Under the pieces are notes generated by a model that was not told where the DNA came from, ran no database searches, and worked only from the letters and a program-made list of their open reading frames with translations. Below are positions 60,808 to 64,000 of a stretch of 64,000 nt of DNA, one piece after another (the first letter of the stretch is position 1; each line of letters opens with the position of its first letter). The position numbers and the translations under genes are program-made. Location: assembly GCA_047602425.1 (NCBI GenBank), contig JASGHG010000001.1:3616001-3680000 (forward strand), written 5' to 3'. Origin of the DNA: Nibricoccus sp. (lineage in GTDB: Bacteria > Verrucomicrobiota > Verrucomicrobiia > Opitutales > Opitutaceae).

Positions 60808-60894
60808 GGGAGAAGGTTTGTTTTTGACCACGGATTTCACGGATGGACACGGATAGGATGTATTGATCGATGCATGTCTGCGCAATCCGAGGTT

Positions 60895-61401
60895 TCAGAG
60901 AAACAACAGCTGCAGGTTGGCGCTGGGAGCGGTGCGGGCGGCGGCGAGGTCGCGGATGAAGGCGAGCGTGTCCTCGTAATTTTGCACGCGCTTGGCGGTG
61001 GCGCGGCGTTCGGGCGGGAGCAGGGCCGGGCGGAGATTGGTGACGAGGAGGGTCGATTCGCGGAAGCGGGCAAGCTGCTTGAGACCGGTCATGATCTCGC
61101 TGCGCGCAAAGAGAGGCGTGGCGGATTCGAGTGAGTGTGCGGCGTTCCAGTGGTAGAAGCCGTGGCTGGATTGCTGCTCGAAAAATTTATTGAGCAGTTT
61201 CGCGGCGGAATCGGTGAACGCGGCGTCGTAGGTGAAGGCTAGCTCGGGATTGGCGATAGTTTGTTGTTCGAGCTCGGAAAGGCTGAAGGCAATGGCTGAC
61301 TTGATCTGCTGCGCGAGATAGAGGTCGTGGCCGGTGACCTGGGCGAACAAGGCGTCGATGAAATGCAGGCGGCGGAGCTCGTCGCGGGAAGGTGCGGGCA
61401 T
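60895..61401 (-). CDS. Hypothetical protein
   Basis: ORF with host-like codon usage from MPAPSRDELRRLHF; no family recognised. Confidence 0.65.
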   Translation of the reverse strand: MPAPSRDELRRLHFIDALFAQVTGHDLYLAQQIKSAIAFSLSELEQQTIANPELAFTYDAAFTDSAAKLLNKFFEQQSSHGFYHWNAAHSLESATPLFARSEIMTGLKQLARFRESTLLVTNLRPALLPPERRATAKRVQNYEDTLAFIRDLAAARTAPSANLQLLFL

Positions 61402-61424
61402 CTGAGGAGTGAAAACCTGTTGGG

Positions 61425-61781
61425 TTACGCGGTTTGTTTTTTCTCTCGCTCCAAGAGTGCTGCAACGGCGGAGAGGCAGGTAGCGATCGCCCACCAAACT
61501 AAAAAAACCAGAGGTTCGTGCGCCGGGCTTTTTAAGTATTTTAACAGCCAAAACAGGTTATAGCCGAAGGAGGCAAACCAGATAAGGCATTTGAGCCATA
61601 GAGCGAGATGGTTTGCCATGGCACGGCAGATCCAGAGTCCCCAAATCAGAAATCCCAAACCAAAGAGAGTTAATAAAACGGGATTCCCAATGGCGAGGCT
61701 GACTGCCACGAGAGCGCAGGCCCAGAATAATCCTCCCCACGCAAGAACGGCTGCGATGGCTTGGGGATTCGGCTTACTCAT
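61425..61781 (-). CDS. Hypothetical membrane protein, AT-rich
   Basis: 118 aa with about four Trp-rich hydrophobic segments. Confidence 0.6.
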   Translation of the reverse strand: MSKPNPQAIAAVLAWGGLFWACALVAVSLAIGNPVLLTLFGLGFLIWGLWICRAMANHLALWLKCLIWFASFGYNLFWLLKYLKSPAHEPLVFLVWWAIATCLSAVAALLEREKKQTA

Positions 61782-61808
61782 TGGGCGATAGTTTCTATCG
61801 TTGTAGTA

Positions 61809-62276
61809 TCAGTGAACGTCGGGTTTTGGTTTTCCGAGGCTGCTGATTTCCTGCATGAATTCGGAAACGTCACGGAATTCCTTGTAGACGCTGGCGAAGC
61901 GGACGTAGGCGACTTGATCGAGCTTGCGCAGGCGTTGCATGACGGCGTCACCGATGGCCTGCGAGGGGATTTCGCTTTCGTACTGTGCTTCAAGGGCGTC
62001 GATCACATCTTCGATCAACATGTCGAGTTGCTCGCGGTCGACGGGACGTTTGTGCAAAGCGGCGCGGACGGCGCGGACGAGTTTGTCGCGGTCAAAATCT
62101 TCGCGGCGTCCATCGCGCTTCGTAACGACGAGGTCTTCACGCACGAACATTTCGGTTGTGGTGTAACGGTGACCGCATTCGAGGCATTCGCGGCGCCGGC
62201 GAATGGTGCTACCTTCCTTGCTAATGCGGGAATCGATGACCTTGTCCTCGATCGATGTGCATTTGGGGCAACGCAT
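61809..62276 (-). CDS. nrdR: Transcriptional repressor NrdR
   Basis: MRCPKC...KVIDSR...IRRRRECLEC..RYTT, ATP-cone and VAYVRFASVYKEF. Confidence 0.97.
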   Translation of the reverse strand: MRCPKCTSIEDKVIDSRISKEGSTIRRRRECLECGHRYTTTEMFVREDLVVTKRDGRREDFDRDKLVRAVRAALHKRPVDREQLDMLIEDVIDALEAQYESEIPSQAIGDAVMQRLRKLDQVAYVRFASVYKEFRDVSEFMQEISSLGKPKPDVH

Positions 62277-62297
62277 GGGTTTGGGTGGGGCAAACGG

Positions 62298-62864
62298 TTA
62301 GTTGAGTTCCAGGAAATTCTGGAGGATTCGCATCCCGCCTTCGGTGGCGATGGACTCAGGGTGGAACTGGACGCCCCAGATGGGAAGCGTTTTGTGGCGC
62401 AGGCCCATGATTTCGCCTTCGATGGTGTCGGCGGTCACTTCAAGGCAGTCGGGCAAGGAGGAACGTTCGACAAGCAAAGAATGATAACGCGTGGCGGCGA
62501 AACCCTGCGGCATCCCATGAAAAACATCGGTGTCCTTGTGGCGGATGGGGGAGGTTTTGCCATGCATGAGCCGATCGGCGCGGATGACGCGTCCGCCGAA
62601 GTAGTGGCCGATGGATTGATGACCAAGGCACACGCCGAAGATGGGTTTTTTGCCTTTAAAAGCCTCGATCATCGCGAGGGTGACGCCGGCCTCCACGGGC
62701 GAACAAGGCCCGGGCGACAACAGCACGCGATCCGGATTCAGGGCGAGCGCCTCGGCGGGAGTAATTTCGTTATTGCGGAAAATGCGCTGTTCAACCCCGA
62801 GTTGGCCGAAGTATTGGACCAGGTTGTAGGTGAAGGAATCGTAGTTATCGATGACGAGAAGCAC
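62298..62864 (-). CDS. Anthranilate/aminodeoxychorismate synthase component II
   Basis: [27 protein letters not shown] and QFHPES motifs; GTG start. TrpG and PabA cannot be distinguished here. Confidence 0.95.
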   Translation of the reverse strand: MLLVIDNYDSFTYNLVQYFGQLGVEQRIFRNNEITPAEALALNPDRVLLSPGPCSPVEAGVTLAMIEAFKGKKPIFGVCLGHQSIGHYFGGRVIRADRLMHGKTSPIRHKDTDVFHGMPQGFAATRYHSLLVERSSLPDCLEVTADTIEGEIMGLRHKTLPIWGVQFHPESIATEGGMRILQNFLELN

Positions 62865-62941
62865 GCTGGGAATTAACGTCTTGTTGACACATCGGTCAAG
62901 CGCAGGGGTATTGGTAGGCACCGCACAGCCTCCCGCCGCTC

Positions 62942-64000
62942 ATGCCTGCACACTTCCAGCTTTTGAAAACCGATACCGCCACGGCGGCCCGACGCGGCCG
63001 TTTGCAGACGCGGCATGGCGTGGTGGAAACGCCGATTTTTATGCCGGTCGGCACGCAAGGTACAGTTAAAGCAATCACTCCCGTGCACTTACGTGAGATT
63101 GGTGCGCAGATCATTTTGGGCAATACGTACCATCTCAATCTTCGTCCCGGCAGTGAACTCGTGCGGGAAATGGGCGGATTGCACAAATTCATGGGGTGGG
63201 ATGGCCCCATTCTGACGGATAGCGGTGGCTTTCAGGTTTTTAGTTTGGCCAAGTTGCGCGACATCCGCGACGACGGCGTGGCTTTTCAATCGCACGTCGA
63301 CGGCGCGAAACTTTTCCTCGGGCCACGCGAGGTAATGACGATTCAGGCGAATCTGGGCAGCGACATCGCGATGGTGCTCGACGAATGTCCGCCTTGGCCG
63401 TGTGAACGCGACGCTTGCGCGAAAGCAGTCGCGCGAAGTCAGCGTTGGGCCGAGCAATGCAAAACCATCGCCACCGACAACGGGTTTCTCGCCGCGGGGC
63501 ACCATGTTTTTGCAATCGTGCAAGGTTCGACCTTTGACGATCTGCGGCGCGAAGCCGCCGAGGGATTGGCGTCGCTGGATTTCCCGGGTTACGCGGTTGG
63601 CGGGGTGAGCGTGGGCGAACCCGAACCAGAGATGTTGAAACAAGTAGGCGCGACCACGCCGTTCATGCCGGCGGACAAACCGCGTTACACCATGGGCCTC
63701 GGCACGCCGCCGCAGCTGCTGAAAATGATCGCGCTCGGTGTCGACATGTTTGACTGCGTATTGCCGACGCGGGTCGCTCGCAATGGGCTCGTTTTCACAC
63801 CCGACGGACCGATCAATTTGCGCAACGAAAAATTCCGCGCCGATCCGCGGCCGATTGTGGAAGGTTTGGGCAATTACACGGCAAATTTCTCCCGCGCCTA
63901 TCTGCGACATCTGACGGTTGCGGGCGAAATGTTGAGCGGGACGCTCCTGACGATTCACAATCTCCATTTCTTTCTCGATCTCATGGCGCAGGCTCGCGCG
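62942..64000 (+). CDS. tgt: tRNA-guanine transglycosylase, 3'-partial
   Basis: My translation from ATG 62942 is open to the window end: TPIFMPVGT, GNTYHL, LTDSGGFQVFSL, DECP, GGVSVGE, GVDMFDCVLPTR, SRAYLRHL and IHNL. It is absent from the ORF track because there is no stop. Confidence 0.96.
   Translation, partial: MPAHFQLLKTDTATAARRGRLQTRHGVVETPIFMPVGTQGTVKAITPVHLREIGAQIILGNTYHLNLRPGSELVREMGGLHKFMGWDGPILTDSGGFQVFSLAKLRDIRDDGVAFQSHVDGAKLFLGPREVMTIQANLGSDIAMVLDECPPWPCERDACAKAVARSQRWAEQCKTIATDNGFLAAGHHVFAIVQGSTFDDLRREAAEGLASLDFPGYAVGGVSVGEPEPEMLKQVGATTPFMPADKPRYTMGLGTPPQLLKMIALGVDMFDCVLPTRVARNGLVFTPDGPINLRNEKFRADPRPIVEGLGNYTANFSRAYLRHLTVAGEMLSGTLLTIHNLHFFLDLMAQARA

Noticed and set aside
61411..61429. 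Degenerate palindrome possibly related to the GTCAT-N7-ATGAC motif
   Set aside because: Too many mismatches to distinguish from chance.

Overview
This is bacterial chromosomal DNA, GC-rich. Gene content and style suggest Verrucomicrobiota, probably Opitutaceae (inference). In order, the window holds: (1) the end of a serine hydrolase gene and dnaK-groES-groEL; (2) a stand-alone PduS-like/PduT-like microcompartment pair and a PhnP-like MBL hydrolase; (3) a sulfur-assimilation region with yezD, a porin, sbp, an M14 peptidase, cysTWA, cysK, a hybrid kinase, Rrf2 and an SsuABC-like transporter; (4) an ECF sigma/Ser-Thr kinase module whose Ig-like domain recurs in three consecutive genes; (5) a frameshifted lipoprotein, an unexplained 15-unit array with strict 21-bp period (30589-30903) and a small helical-protein gene; (6) an AT-rich four-gene defence-like operon (C5 methyltransferase, PRTase-like, P-loop ATPase, CARF-like); (7) glpK and a caa3-type cytochrome c oxidase cluster with heme and copper assembly genes; (8) rhamnose genes (AraC, isomerase, RhaT, GH106); (9) HIT, nrdR, a class I amidotransferase and a tgt lacking its zinc cysteines. 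The best candidates for new biology are the 21-bp array with its neighbouring gene, the methyltransferase-PRTase-ATPase operon, CysE-like CysK-docking tails on CysA and Rrf2, and a dispersed GTCAT-N7-ATGAC palindrome that also occurs in frame inside a gene. Four single-base frameshifts may be assembly errors. No rRNA, tRNA, CRISPR array, integrase or transposase was seen. All calls are from motif recognition by eye; no searches were run.
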